Part shown: one piece after another, positions 8,018-17,119 of the stretch
How positions within the stretch are numbered: the stretch's first letter is position 1
Layout: each line of letters starts with the position of its first letter
From: an uncultured Bacteroidales bacterium
Lineage (GTDB): Bacteria; Bacteroidota; Bacteroidia; Bacteroidales; WCHB1-69
Assembly: GCA_905236885.1 (NCBI GenBank)
Contig: CAJOQK010000120.1
Location: 1 to 53,245, forward strand
Reading direction: 5' to 3'
DNA length: 53,245 nt
The notes under the pieces: model-generated
The model's database searches: none
What the model saw: only the letters and a program-made list of their open reading frames with translations
Told to the model about the DNA's origin: nothing
Translations under genes and position numbers: made by a program

Positions 8018-9904
8018 ATGAAATTTAAGCTTATAACGATATTGGCATTTATATGGTTGACTCCAGTAATGGCATATACCCAGTCCATTATTTATGTAAA
8101 GCCTGGCGGAACCGGCGATGGAAGCACATGGGAAAAAGCCACTTCAGATTTGCATGCGGTTATGCAACAGCCTTATACCACTATTTGGGTGGCATCTGGT
8201 GTTTATTACGGAGATACTGTCACTTACAATCCCAATGCTTTTGTCGTTGCTGAAGGGGTGAAAATATACGGAAGTTTTGTCGGCAATGAACCGGAAAATT
8301 ATGATTTGTCACTTCGCGATTTTGGGCAACATCCAACTGTTTTGGATGGAAAAGGGAAAAAAAGAGTGCTATATAGTAAGGATTTTGATGATGTCCTTGC
8401 CTGTAAAGGATCAACGGACAGCATTATTGTAGATGGTTTTGTTTTTCAAAATGGCATGAGCGGTTTTATATATGCCGAAAACTATTTTCATGGTGGAGGC
8501 GGCGCATGTGTCATATCCACCCATTTCAGCAATTGTGTTTTTCGGGAGAACCGAGTGCCAACAGCAAACAACACCCACTATGGAATAGGAATTTTTGCAT
8601 TCCGCTCCTCTTTGACCCATTGCAAAATAACAAATAATTATGCTTATCACTGCAACTTTGTGCAAGGAGTCGGCTTTTATGCGGAAAACTCAGAATTGAC
8701 GAATTGTGAAATTGTAGGAAACCGTGCGGATGTGTCTGATCAGAATCAGGGATACTTCAACATCGTTTATGGTGTTGGAGGCTATCTTTTCAAATCAAAA
8801 ATAAAGGGGAGCAAAATCAATCATAACATTGCGGTTTTGCAAGCAAAAAATACAGGTTCTATGGCGGCGGGCATTTGTGTGGATACAGCCATCATGGAAG
8901 ATTGTGAGGTTGCTTACGATTCAATTATTGGAGGAGAAAACACTTCCGGGGGCGGCTTTTTAACGGAAGCCGCCATGATACTTGATGTCCGGTGTCATCA
9001 TAACTATGCGGCAGGAGCAGGCGGTGCATCTGTCAGAATAGGAACGGTTGTCCAAAACAGCGAGTTTTACAACAATTCCAGTACCGACTGGGGCGGAGGT
9101 CTGTATGTCAATAATTCATGGATGCGAAACACAACGGTGTACAACAACTCCACCAATGGCATAGGAGGCGGCATGTACGTCAATGACGTTTCTTTCAGAC
9201 CTGCATCTCAATTCATCAATTCCAATGCGGTCTGCAATTTTTCAAAAAAAGAAGGTGCAGGCGTGTATAACAATACCCAAACACCTTTCTGCTGCACCAA
9301 CAGTATTTTTTGGGGAAATAAAAGCGATGTGGCAAACTCCAACCTGTTCGGAGATTTTAACATTTCCCATTCAGCTGTGGAAGGCGGATTCCAGGGTACA
9401 GACAATATTTGTTTGGCATCAGCAAATCAGGGAATCGCTGCCGACAGCCAATATGTGGCATTTGTTTTACCGTCTGACAAGGCAGGTGTTACAATAGACT
9501 ATCAACCCACCTGGAAACTTACCGATGCCTCCGTTTGTATAGACAAAGGGATGGCAGACACTTCCGGTTTGAATCTGCCATTGACAGACTTGGGAGGAGA
9601 CCCTCGCATATATAATCATCGTATTGACATAGGTGCTTATGAATATTTTCCAGGAACATCCATTCATGCGCCATTGTTTTCAGAAAGTCATATTTGTGTG
9701 TATCCCAATCCAGCGAAGCAATTCTTCTATATCACCAACGGCGAACGTTATGAGAACACCGCCTACGAAATCACCGACATGACCGGCCGCATTGTGATGC
9801 AAGGCCGGTACAACGCCGCCGATGGCATCCGGGTCAGCGGCCTGGCCAAAGGAATCTACCTGCTGCGGATGGAAGGAAAGGTGGGGAAGTTTGGGAAAAA
9901 TTAA
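8018..9904 (+). CDS. Right-handed parallel beta-helix (Pmp-like) repeat protein with T9SS C-terminal sorting domain
   Basis: Signal peptide MKFKLITILAFIWLTPVMA-YT. Opening IIYVKPGGTGDGSTWEKATSDL, typical of beta-helix adhesin-like proteins. Repeated GGG(L/M)YVNN, NNS and FxxN segments. C-terminal YPNPAKQ...GIYLLRMEGK CTD. The ATG lies 1 nt after the upstream stop. Confidence 0.8.
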   Translation: MKFKLITILAFIWLTPVMAYTQSIIYVKPGGTGDGSTWEKATSDLHAVMQQPYTTIWVASGVYYGDTVTYNPNAFVVAEGVKIYGSFVGNEPENYDLSLRDFGQHPTVLDGKGKKRVLYSKDFDDVLACKGSTDSIIVDGFVFQNGMSGFIYAENYFHGGGGACVISTHFSNCVFRENRVPTANNTHYGIGIFAFRSSLTHCKITNNYAYHCNFVQGVGFYAENSELTNCEIVGNRADVSDQNQGYFNIVYGVGGYLFKSKIKGSKINHNIAVLQAKNTGSMAAGICVDTAIMEDCEVAYDSIIGGENTSGGGFLTEAAMILDVRCHHNYAAGAGGASVRIGTVVQNSEFYNNSSTDWGGGLYVNNSWMRNTTVYNNSTNGIGGGMYVNDVSFRPASQFINSNAVCNFSKKEGAGVYNNTQTPFCCTNSIFWGNKSDVANSNLFGDFNISHSAVEGGFQGTDNICLASANQGIAADSQYVAFVLPSDKAGVTIDYQPTWKLTDASVCIDKGMADTSGLNLPLTDLGGDPRIYNHRIDIGAYEYFPGTSIHAPLFSESHICVYPNPAKQFFYITNGERYENTAYEITDMTGRIVMQGRYNAADGIRVSGLAKGIYLLRMEGKVGKFGKN

Positions 9905-9965
9905 GAAGCAAGAAGTAAGAAACAAGAAGCAAGAAGTAAGAAGCAAGAAGTAAGAAGTAAGAAGT
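9903..9965. repeat. Tandem heptanucleotide array (AAGAAGY/AAGAAAC) x9, starting inside the stop codon of the beta-helix gene
   Basis: Read directly: AAGAAGC AAGAAGT AAGAAAC AAGAAGC AAGAAGT AAGAAGC AAGAAGT AAGAAGT AAGAAGT, followed by GGGGAC. Confidence 0.95.
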
Positions 9966-9966
9966 G

Positions 9967-9996
9967 GGGACGCAATGCTTGCGTCCCTGCATTTTT
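9967..9996. terminator. Hairpin terminator between convergent genes (beta-helix gene + and aminotransferase -)
   Basis: 9-bp stem GGGACGCAA / TTGCGTCCC with loop TGC, followed by TGCATTTTTATTG. Confidence 0.7.
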
Positions 9997-10013
9997 ATTG
10001 CGTCTCTATGGTC

Positions 10014-11216
10014 TCACAGCCTCTCCAGGCATTCCCATATCAGCCGGCTGCTTTCGCGGATTTCGGTTTCGGTGATGATCAGGGGCGGGGAGATGCGGAA
10101 GGCGGTGTCGCAAAAGAGGAACCAGTCGCTCAGGATGCCGGCCTCCTTGAAAAGTTCCATCATCCGGTACATTTTCCCCGAGTCGCCCAGTTCTACGGCC
10201 ATCAGCAGGCCGCTGCGACGGATTTCTTTTACCTGAGGGTGTCCTTGCAGCAGTTGCTCGTAGAGAGCCCCTTTTGTTTCAACGCTTTCCACTACCTTGT
10301 TTTCCGTCAGGTAGTCTAAGGCGGCCAGGCCTGCGGCGCAGCAGACCGGATGTCCGCCGAAGGTGGTGATGTGCCCTAAGGAGGGCTGGTCGCTGAGATC
10401 CTGCATGACAGCATGGCTTGCGATGAAGGCCCCCAGAGGCATGCCGCCGCCGAACGCCTTGGCCACACATACGATGTCGGGTATGACCCCGTACTTTTGC
10501 AGGGCGAACATTTCGCCGGTCCGTCCCATACAGGTTTGGATTTCATCGAAAATCAGCATGGCGCCGGTCTCGTCGCAACGTTGGCGCAGAGCTTGCAGGT
10601 AGCCTTTTTCCGGCAACCTCACGCCGGCCTCCCCCTGTACCGGTTCCACCAGCACGCAGGCGGTATGCTCTGTTATTTCCTCCAAATCTTCCCATCGGTT
10701 GAAGGTTATGGATTTGATGCCGGGCAGTAGGGGCATGAAGGCGTTTTTCCAGGTGCAGCCCTCCGGATTGCCCATCATGCTCATGGAGCCTTGGGTGGAA
10801 CCGTGGTAGGCTCTCCGCATGCCAATCATTTCGTGCCGTCCGGTGTGGCGTTTGGCCAATTTCAGAGCACCTTCAACCGCTTCGCTGCCCGAATTGAGGA
10901 AATAGACACAATCCAACGGGTCCGGAAGCAGTTCCGTGATGCGTCGGGCGTAGGTGACCTGCGGCTTTTCCACCATCTCCCCGTATACCATGATGTGCAT
11001 GTATTCAGCCGCCTGTTTCTGAACGGCCTCAATCACTTTAGGGTTGGCATGCCCCACATTGTTCACAGACACACCCGCCACCAGGTCGTAATAGCGTTTG
11101 CCTTCCGGGGTGTAAAAAAAGCATCCCTCCGCCTTTGCCACCTCAATCATCAGTGGGGAAGGGGAGGTTTGCGCCACGTGGCGCAAGAACTGTTTTCTCA
11201 AAATCTGCTGTTCCAT
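10014..11216 (-). CDS. Class-III PLP-dependent aminotransferase (acetylornithine/ornithine aminotransferase-like)
   Basis: Family motifs: NSGSEAVEGALKLAKR, LIFDEIQTCMGRTGEMFA, and PLP-lysine context VCVAKAFGGGMPLGAF. Start is ambiguous between 11234 and 11216 (MEQQILRKQF). Confidence 0.8.
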   Translation of the reverse strand: MEQQILRKQFLRHVAQTSPSPLMIEVAKAEGCFFYTPEGKRYYDLVAGVSVNNVGHANPKVIEAVQKQAAEYMHIMVYGEMVEKPQVTYARRITELLPDPLDCVYFLNSGSEAVEGALKLAKRHTGRHEMIGMRRAYHGSTQGSMSMMGNPEGCTWKNAFMPLLPGIKSITFNRWEDLEEITEHTACVLVEPVQGEAGVRLPEKGYLQALRQRCDETGAMLIFDEIQTCMGRTGEMFALQKYGVIPDIVCVAKAFGGGMPLGAFIASHAVMQDLSDQPSLGHITTFGGHPVCCAAGLAALDYLTENKVVESVETKGALYEQLLQGHPQVKEIRRSGLLMAVELGDSGKMYRMMELFKEAGILSDWFLFCDTAFRISPPLIITETEIRESSRLIWECLERL

Positions 11217-11465
11217 GATGCATCGTTTACACAATAACGGCTATTTTGTTTTTTTGTTGTGTGGAATTCCCGTTTGTGCTGAATAATGTTGCGTGAAGTT
11301 TCCATTTCTGCGGGAAAAGGTGCGGAATGCGGCGGAAAAAAATGGCGCTGTGAGGTGCCTTTTGAAAAAAGTATTCAAAAACGCCTTTGTAATACATTGA
11401 TAATAAATTAAATGACAAAAAGATGAAAAAAAATGAAAAATGGATTATACGATGTATTTATTTAT

Positions 11466-11473
11466 TATCTTTG
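11466..11473 (+). promoter_or_regulatory. -7 promoter motif upstream of gdhA
   Basis: TATCTTTG lies about 70 nt upstream of the ATG at 11542. Confidence 0.45.
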
Positions 11474-11541
11474 CAAATTATTTCATTCAAAGTGCAAATA
11501 ATATAAAATATTAATTTATAATAAAATAAAAAACAAAAATT

Positions 11542-12885
11542 ATGGAAGTAAAGAAAATAATGGCTAATTTGGAAGCCAAACATCCGGGCGAGAGCGAATA
11601 CCTGCAGGCAGTTCGCGAAGTGTTGGAATCAATCGAAGAGATTTACAACCAGCACCCTGAATTTGAAAAAGCGAAAATCGTCGAGCGTCTTGTCGAACCC
11701 GACCGTATTTTCACATTCCGTGTGACTTGGGTTGACCGTAACGGTGAAGTCCAGACCAACCTCGGATACCGTGTGCAGTACAATGCCGCTCTCGGTGCAT
11801 ACAAAGGCGGTCTCCGTTTCCACCCGAAGGTGAACGTTTCAATGTTGAAATTCTTAGGCTTCGAGCAGATTTTCAAAAACAGCCTGACCATGCTTCCTCT
11901 CGGTGGTGGCAAGGGTGGTTCCGATTTCGACCCTGTCGGCAAAACTGACGAAGAAATCATGCGTTACTGCCAGGCTTTCATGTATGAGTTGTGGCGTAAC
12001 ATCGGACCGGATCAGGACAGCCCTGCCGGTGACGTCGGCGTTGGCGGACGTGAAATCGGTTACATGTACGGCATGTACAAGAAATTGGCCCGCGAGCACA
12101 GCACCGGTGCCCTCACCGGAAAATCCTACGGCTGGGGTGGTTCCCTCATCCGTCCTGAAGCCACCGGTTTCGGTGCCATCTACTATGTTGAGCGCATGGT
12201 GAAGGAAAAAGGTGACAAGATGGAAGGCAAGAGAATTGCTCTCTCCGGCTTCGGTAACGTGGCTTGGGGTGCCGCTATCAAGGCTACCGAACTTGGTGCC
12301 AAGGTTGTGGCCATCTCCGGTCCGGACGGCGTTTGCGAAATCGCTGACGGCATCACCAAGGAGATGATTGACTATATGCTTGACATGCGTGCCTCCAACC
12401 GTAACAAGGTGCAGGATATGGCCGACAAATTCCCGGGCAAAGCCAAATTCACTGCCGGTAAGAAGGCTTGGAGCGTGAAGTGCGACATCGCTTGCCCTTG
12501 CGCTTTCCAGAACGAATTGGCTGAAGAGGATGCCAAAGAATTGATCAAGAATGGTGTGAAATATGTTGCTGAAGTTTCCAACATGGGTTGCCAGCCTGGC
12601 GCTATCGCAGCTCTGCAGGGTGCCAAGATACCTTTCGGCCCCGGTAAGGCTGTCAACGCCGGTGGTGTTGCCACTTCCGGTCTGGAAATCTGCCAGAACG
12701 CCGAGCACCGCAACTGGACTGCCGAAGAGGTTGACAAGAACCTCCACACCATCATGAACAACATCTATGACATGTGTGTCCAGTATGGTAAGCAGGCTGA
12801 CGGTACCATCAACTACGTGAAGGGCGCCAACATCGCCGGATTCATGCGTGTTGCCAATGCCATGTTAGCTCAGGGCATCATCTAA
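11542..12885 (+). CDS. gdhA: NAD(P)-specific glutamate dehydrogenase
   Basis: 447 aa. Hexameric GDH motifs (LPLGGGKGGSDFDP with the catalytic Lys region, GFGNVAWGAA dinucleotide fold, GANIAGF near the C-terminus). Confidence 0.92.
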   Translation: MEVKKIMANLEAKHPGESEYLQAVREVLESIEEIYNQHPEFEKAKIVERLVEPDRIFTFRVTWVDRNGEVQTNLGYRVQYNAALGAYKGGLRFHPKVNVSMLKFLGFEQIFKNSLTMLPLGGGKGGSDFDPVGKTDEEIMRYCQAFMYELWRNIGPDQDSPAGDVGVGGREIGYMYGMYKKLAREHSTGALTGKSYGWGGSLIRPEATGFGAIYYVERMVKEKGDKMEGKRIALSGFGNVAWGAAIKATELGAKVVAISGPDGVCEIADGITKEMIDYMLDMRASNRNKVQDMADKFPGKAKFTAGKKAWSVKCDIACPCAFQNELAEEDAKELIKNGVKYVAEVSNMGCQPGAIAALQGAKIPFGPGKAVNAGGVATSGLEICQNAEHRNWTAEEVDKNLHTIMNNIYDMCVQYGKQADGTINYVKGANIAGFMRVANAMLAQGII

Positions 12886-12923
12886 CAAACCGGATGGAAG
12901 TGCCTTGCACTTCATTCTAAAAA

Positions 12924-12962
12924 AGAGGGTGATCCAAAAAAACGGGTCGCCTTCTTTTTTTT
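12924..12962 (+). terminator. Probable intrinsic terminator after gdhA
   Basis: 12-bp stem AGAGGGTGATCC / GGGTCGCCTTCT (3 G-U pairs), 8-nt loop, then a T8 run. A second small hairpin GAAGTGC-CTT-GCACTTC lies at 12897-12913. Confidence 0.6.
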
Positions 12963-13031
12963 ATGGGATAGCAGACTAATTTGCGGAGAAATCCGTTTAT
13001 ATATACGAACTGTTTTAGTAAAAAATGAGCC

Positions 13032-13268
13032 ATGATTTTTAAAGTACCTGAAAGAGAGCGAAGAGAGTTTAAGTACAAGCCGCGTTATTATCAGCCGGAC
13101 AAGTTGCAGCAAAGTGCGGAAAAAAATGAGGAGGCGGCGTTGCGAAACCGGATAGAGGAGGCCTATCACAGGGAGTCCAACCACAAGCGGATACCGGCAA
13201 GCCGTTTGTGGGTTTTTGTGGCCTTTTTGCTGCTTGTGTTGTTGCTCATGTCCCGTTTGGGATCTTAG
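13032..13268 (+). CDS. Small hypothetical membrane-anchored protein
   Basis: 78-aa ORF with a charged N-terminal half and one C-terminal hydrophobic helix (LWVFVAFLLLVLLLM). No family recognised, so coding status is uncertain. Confidence 0.35.
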   Translation: MIFKVPERERREFKYKPRYYQPDKLQQSAEKNEEAALRNRIEEAYHRESNHKRIPASRLWVFVAFLLLVLLLMSRLGS

Positions 13269-13286
13269 CATGGAGGTGTTGCTGTC

Positions 13287-15158
13287 ATGATGAAAGAAAT
13301 AATACATGTTTTGCCGGAGAGCGTGGCCAACCAGATTGCGGCGGGCGAGGTTATACAACGTCCGGCTTCTGTAGTGAAGGAATTGGTGGAGAATGCGTTG
13401 GATGCTGGTGCTACGCATGTGGATGTGATTTTGAAGGATGCGGGACGCACGTTGATACAGGTGAGTGACAACGGCTCAGGCATGGGAAAGGAAGATGCCC
13501 TCCGCTGTTTTGAACGGCATGCCACTTCCAAAATCAGTTCCGCCGACGATTTGTTCCAGCTTCATACCAAGGGTTTTCGTGGCGAAGCACTGGCTTCCAT
13601 CGCAGCCATCGCTCATGTGGATTTGAAGACGCGCATGGAGGGGGAGGAGGTCGGCGTACATGTCTGTATGGAGGGAACACGTTGCACGGAGCAGTCGGAA
13701 TGCGCTTGTGCCAAGGGAACCACCTTTATGGTGAAAAACCTTTTTTTCAATGTGCCTGCACGCCGGAATTTCCTGAAATCGGACAATGTGGAATTTAACA
13801 ACGTTTTGGATGAGTTTTTGCGCATTGTGCTGGCCGCGCCCCAGGTTTCATTCAGTCTGTACCACAATGACAAGCAGATATACGATTTGCCCAAGACTGT
13901 GTTGAAGCAACGGCTGGTGAGTGTGTTCGGCAATAGCTGCAAGGGAAAGCTGCTGCCGGTACATCAGGACAGCCAGGTGGTGCGCATTGATGGTTTTGTC
14001 GGTACACCAGCATCGGCCAAGAAGACTAAAGGAGAACAATATCTGTTTGTCAATCAGCGCTATTTCAGGCATCCATATTTCCATCATGCAATCCAGTCGG
14101 CGATGGCGGATTTGTTGCCTTCGGATCATTATATCTCATATTTTCTCTATTTTGAGGTGGATCCTTCCAAAATTGATGTGAACATTCATCCTACCAAAAT
14201 AGAGGTGAAATTTCAGGAGGAGAAAATCATCTATTCCATTCTGCATGCGGCCATACGGCATGCGGTGGGCATGTACAACATCTCTTCAAACATTGATTTT
14301 GATAATGTCTCGCCCATAGATTTCAGCATGGTTTCAGGAAAGCGGGAGATTGTGGAACCTCAAATCTCCTATAATCCCACCTACAACCCGTTTCATGCGG
14401 AAAACGGTAAAAAAAGCTCTACATCCAAAGAATATCCTGCATTTAACGCACCAAAGGCGGCCAATGACTCGTGGAGGCAGATTTACGAAACTTTAAAGGA
14501 GAACACCCCTTCCGCCGCCGATTTGTCCGTGACTGAAAAACAGTTGGAAATGGATGGTATGGAACCGCAGGGAAAACAGGAACAGAAATTGTCGCTTTTC
14601 CAATTGGACAAAAGCTATATTGTGGCCGGATTCTCTTCGGTCTTGTTTCTGATTCAGCAGGATGCGGCCTCGGAACGCATTTTGTACGAACGTTTTATGC
14701 AGCAGATGGAGCGTAAGGAGGCTGCCGCTGTGCAAAAACTGCTTTTCCCTGAGTCGGTCACCTTTTCGCCGCAGGATGCGGAGACTGTGCGTGGACTTCT
14801 TCCCGATTTCAAGTTTTTGGGCTTCGATATGGAGCCGTTTGGCCGTAATGTGATGATTGTACATGGGGTGCCGGCCGATTTTCAGGAACAGGAGGTGCAG
14901 AAAACGCTTGAGCAACTGTTGGAAACCTATAAGGGAAACCTGATGTCGCTCAAATCCAGCCGGAAAGCCAATCTGGCGCGTTCCATGGCGGCAACGTACG
15001 GACTGAAAAAGGGAAAAATATTGCAACGCGCAGAAATGGAATCCTTGGTCAGGCAGCTTTTCCAATGCGAATCCTCCCTGTACGCCCCGTCGGGGAAAAA
15101 GGTGTATGTGCGTTATGACGAGGGGGATTTGTCCAAACTTTTTAAATCCCCACATTAA
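13287..15158 (+). CDS. mutL: DNA mismatch repair protein MutL
   Basis: N-terminal GHKL ATPase motifs (IAAGEVIQRPASVVKELVENALDAGA, DNGSGM, GFRGEALASI) and the MutL C-terminal dimerisation region. Confidence 0.92.
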   Translation: MMKEIIHVLPESVANQIAAGEVIQRPASVVKELVENALDAGATHVDVILKDAGRTLIQVSDNGSGMGKEDALRCFERHATSKISSADDLFQLHTKGFRGEALASIAAIAHVDLKTRMEGEEVGVHVCMEGTRCTEQSECACAKGTTFMVKNLFFNVPARRNFLKSDNVEFNNVLDEFLRIVLAAPQVSFSLYHNDKQIYDLPKTVLKQRLVSVFGNSCKGKLLPVHQDSQVVRIDGFVGTPASAKKTKGEQYLFVNQRYFRHPYFHHAIQSAMADLLPSDHYISYFLYFEVDPSKIDVNIHPTKIEVKFQEEKIIYSILHAAIRHAVGMYNISSNIDFDNVSPIDFSMVSGKREIVEPQISYNPTYNPFHAENGKKSSTSKEYPAFNAPKAANDSWRQIYETLKENTPSAADLSVTEKQLEMDGMEPQGKQEQKLSLFQLDKSYIVAGFSSVLFLIQQDAASERILYERFMQQMERKEAAAVQKLLFPESVTFSPQDAETVRGLLPDFKFLGFDMEPFGRNVMIVHGVPADFQEQEVQKTLEQLLETYKGNLMSLKSSRKANLARSMAATYGLKKGKILQRAEMESLVRQLFQCESSLYAPSGKKVYVRYDEGDLSKLFKSPH

Positions 15159-15172
15159 AATAAAAGAGACCA

Positions 15173-16411
15173 ATGAACAAGCGGAAAATAATCAATGATC
15201 CGGTATATGGATTTATAACAATCGCCAACGATTTGATATTTGATGTGATACAACATCCTTATTTTCAACGGTTGCGGAATATCAGGCAATTGGGTTTGAC
15301 CCATTTGGTCTATCCTGGCGCTCAGCATACCCGTTTCCAGCATTCCTTGGGAGCCATGCACCTCATGCAACAGGCATTGGACACGTTGCGCGACAAGGAT
15401 GCTGACATAACGGATGAGGAGTATGAGGCCACACTGTTGGCAATTCTTCTGCATGATATCGGGCATGCCCCCTTCTCCCATTTGTTGGAAAGGACATTCA
15501 TCTCCTCCATGAACCACGAGCAGTTCACCTCACTCTTCATGGATGCGCTGAACCGTCAGTATGAAGGGCGTCTGACCCTGGCCATCCGGATTTTTGAGGA
15601 CATGTATCCAAAACGGTTTCTGCACCAGTTGGTTTCCGGCCAGTTGGATGTTGACCGGTTGGACTATTTGACCAGAGACAGTTTTTTTTCTGGTGTGGCC
15701 GAAGGGGTTATCGGTACGGAACGTATCATTAAAATGTTGAACGTGAGCAATAACGAACTGGTGGCGGATGTGAAGGCGGTCTACTCCATTGAAAAGTTCA
15801 TAATTTCCCGCCGCCTGATGTACTGGCAGGTGTATCTGCATAAGACGGTGCATGTGGCGGAAATGATGCTGGTGCTTTGTTTGCGGCGTGCCAAGGATTT
15901 GTGGCTCCAGTCCCCACATTTCTTCCTGCCGGAAAAGATGCGCATCTTTTTTGAAAAGGAATACCGGAAGCCTGATTTTGAGCAGAATCCATCCCTGTTG
16001 GAGGCTTATGCCGATTTGACGGATGAAGATATATGGTTTAGCCTAAAACAGTGGCGTTTTCATTCCGACAGAGTGCTTTCGGAACTGTCCAACCGGTTGT
16101 ATGAGCGCAATTTATTCCGTATTGAGCTGTCAGAACAGGCGTTTCCGGAAGAATGCATCAGCCGGGTGCGGCAGGCGTTGCAGCGTCAGCTGCTGTTTGA
16201 CGAGGAAACTTGCGACTACATGATGGCGCATGGAAAAATGGAGAACCGTGCCTATAACAAAACCACCTCCTCCATACTGATTATGGAGAAGGATGGAACC
16301 CTGCATCCGTTGGAGGAACTTTCTGACCATCTGAACCACAGGACTTTATCGGAAAAAGTGAGCAAGTATTTCATGGCCTATCCCAAGGAGTTGCAGGTGA
16401 AGGCGGAATAG
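15173..16411 (+). CDS. HD-domain phosphohydrolase (COG1078 / SAMHD1-like dNTP triphosphohydrolase family)
   Basis: INDPVYGFI..., RFQHSLG, LLHDIGHAPFSH and DRLDYLTRD motifs. Confidence 0.8.
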   Translation: MNKRKIINDPVYGFITIANDLIFDVIQHPYFQRLRNIRQLGLTHLVYPGAQHTRFQHSLGAMHLMQQALDTLRDKDADITDEEYEATLLAILLHDIGHAPFSHLLERTFISSMNHEQFTSLFMDALNRQYEGRLTLAIRIFEDMYPKRFLHQLVSGQLDVDRLDYLTRDSFFSGVAEGVIGTERIIKMLNVSNNELVADVKAVYSIEKFIISRRLMYWQVYLHKTVHVAEMMLVLCLRRAKDLWLQSPHFFLPEKMRIFFEKEYRKPDFEQNPSLLEAYADLTDEDIWFSLKQWRFHSDRVLSELSNRLYERNLFRIELSEQAFPEECISRVRQALQRQLLFDEETCDYMMAHGKMENRAYNKTTSSILIMEKDGTLHPLEELSDHLNHRTLSEKVSKYFMAYPKELQVKAE

Positions 16412-16481
16412 GGCATGTGAAAAAAGCGCGGAAGGTTTGTCCGGATTTCAAATGAATGCAAGATGAAAAACAATAAATACC

Positions 16482-17048
16482 ATGAAAAGAGCTTTTAAAC
16501 CAGGTACTTTGATTTATCCGTTGCCAGCCCTGATGGTGAGCTGCGGCAATTCTCCTGAAAATTACAATATTATTACTGTGGCGTGGACGGGAACAATTTG
16601 CAGCGATCCTCCGATGTGCTATATATCGGTGCGGAAGGAGCGCCATTCGTATCCCATCATCAAGGAAACCGGTGAGTTTGTGCTGAACCTTACCACTGAG
16701 GAGCTGGCGCTGGCGACCGACTGGTGCGGAGTGAAATCGGGAAGGGAGGTCAACAAGTTCAAACAGATGCACCTGACACCGGAAAAGGGGCAGGTGGTGC
16801 AGGCTCCCCTGATTGCGGAATCGCCCCTAAATATCGAATGCAAGGTTTTTGAAATCAAGGAACTCGGTTCTCACGACATGTTTTTGGCGGAGGTTGTGGC
16901 CGTCAACGCCGAGGAGAAGCTGATTGATGCCACAACTGGGGTGTTCCAGCTGAACCACGCCCATCCGATTGCCTATTCGCATGGGAAATACTATAAACTG
17001 GGCGAAAAAATCGGCTCGTTCGGCTTTTCGGTAAAAAAGAGGAAATGA
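16482..17048 (+). CDS. Flavin reductase-like domain protein
   Basis: 188 aa with the typical flavin reductase-like fold opening (PLPALMVSCG...NIITVAWTG...PPM..ISV). Confidence 0.7.
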   Translation: MKRAFKPGTLIYPLPALMVSCGNSPENYNIITVAWTGTICSDPPMCYISVRKERHSYPIIKETGEFVLNLTTEELALATDWCGVKSGREVNKFKQMHLTPEKGQVVQAPLIAESPLNIECKVFEIKELGSHDMFLAEVVAVNAEEKLIDATTGVFQLNHAHPIAYSHGKYYKLGEKIGSFGFSVKKRK

Positions 17049-17119
17049 CACCTGACGGCCTTATCGCCGGCTTGATGTTGTTTTGTTTTGTCTGGAAGAA
17101 CATTTTTTGACAGTTTTTG

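Noticed and set aside
5951-9965. Whether the short tandem repeats could be a CRISPR array.
   Set aside because: The units are 7 nt with no spacers, each array is only 42-63 nt long, and no cas genes are present. They are simple tandem repeats. No CRISPR array is visible anywhere in the window.
15173-16411. The HD-domain SAMHD1-like protein as an anti-phage dNTPase.
   Set aside because: It is tightly linked to mutL (14-nt gap) in a GC-typical housekeeping stretch with no other defence-like neighbours. It is more likely the conserved cellular dNTP triphosphohydrolase. I cannot exclude a dual role.
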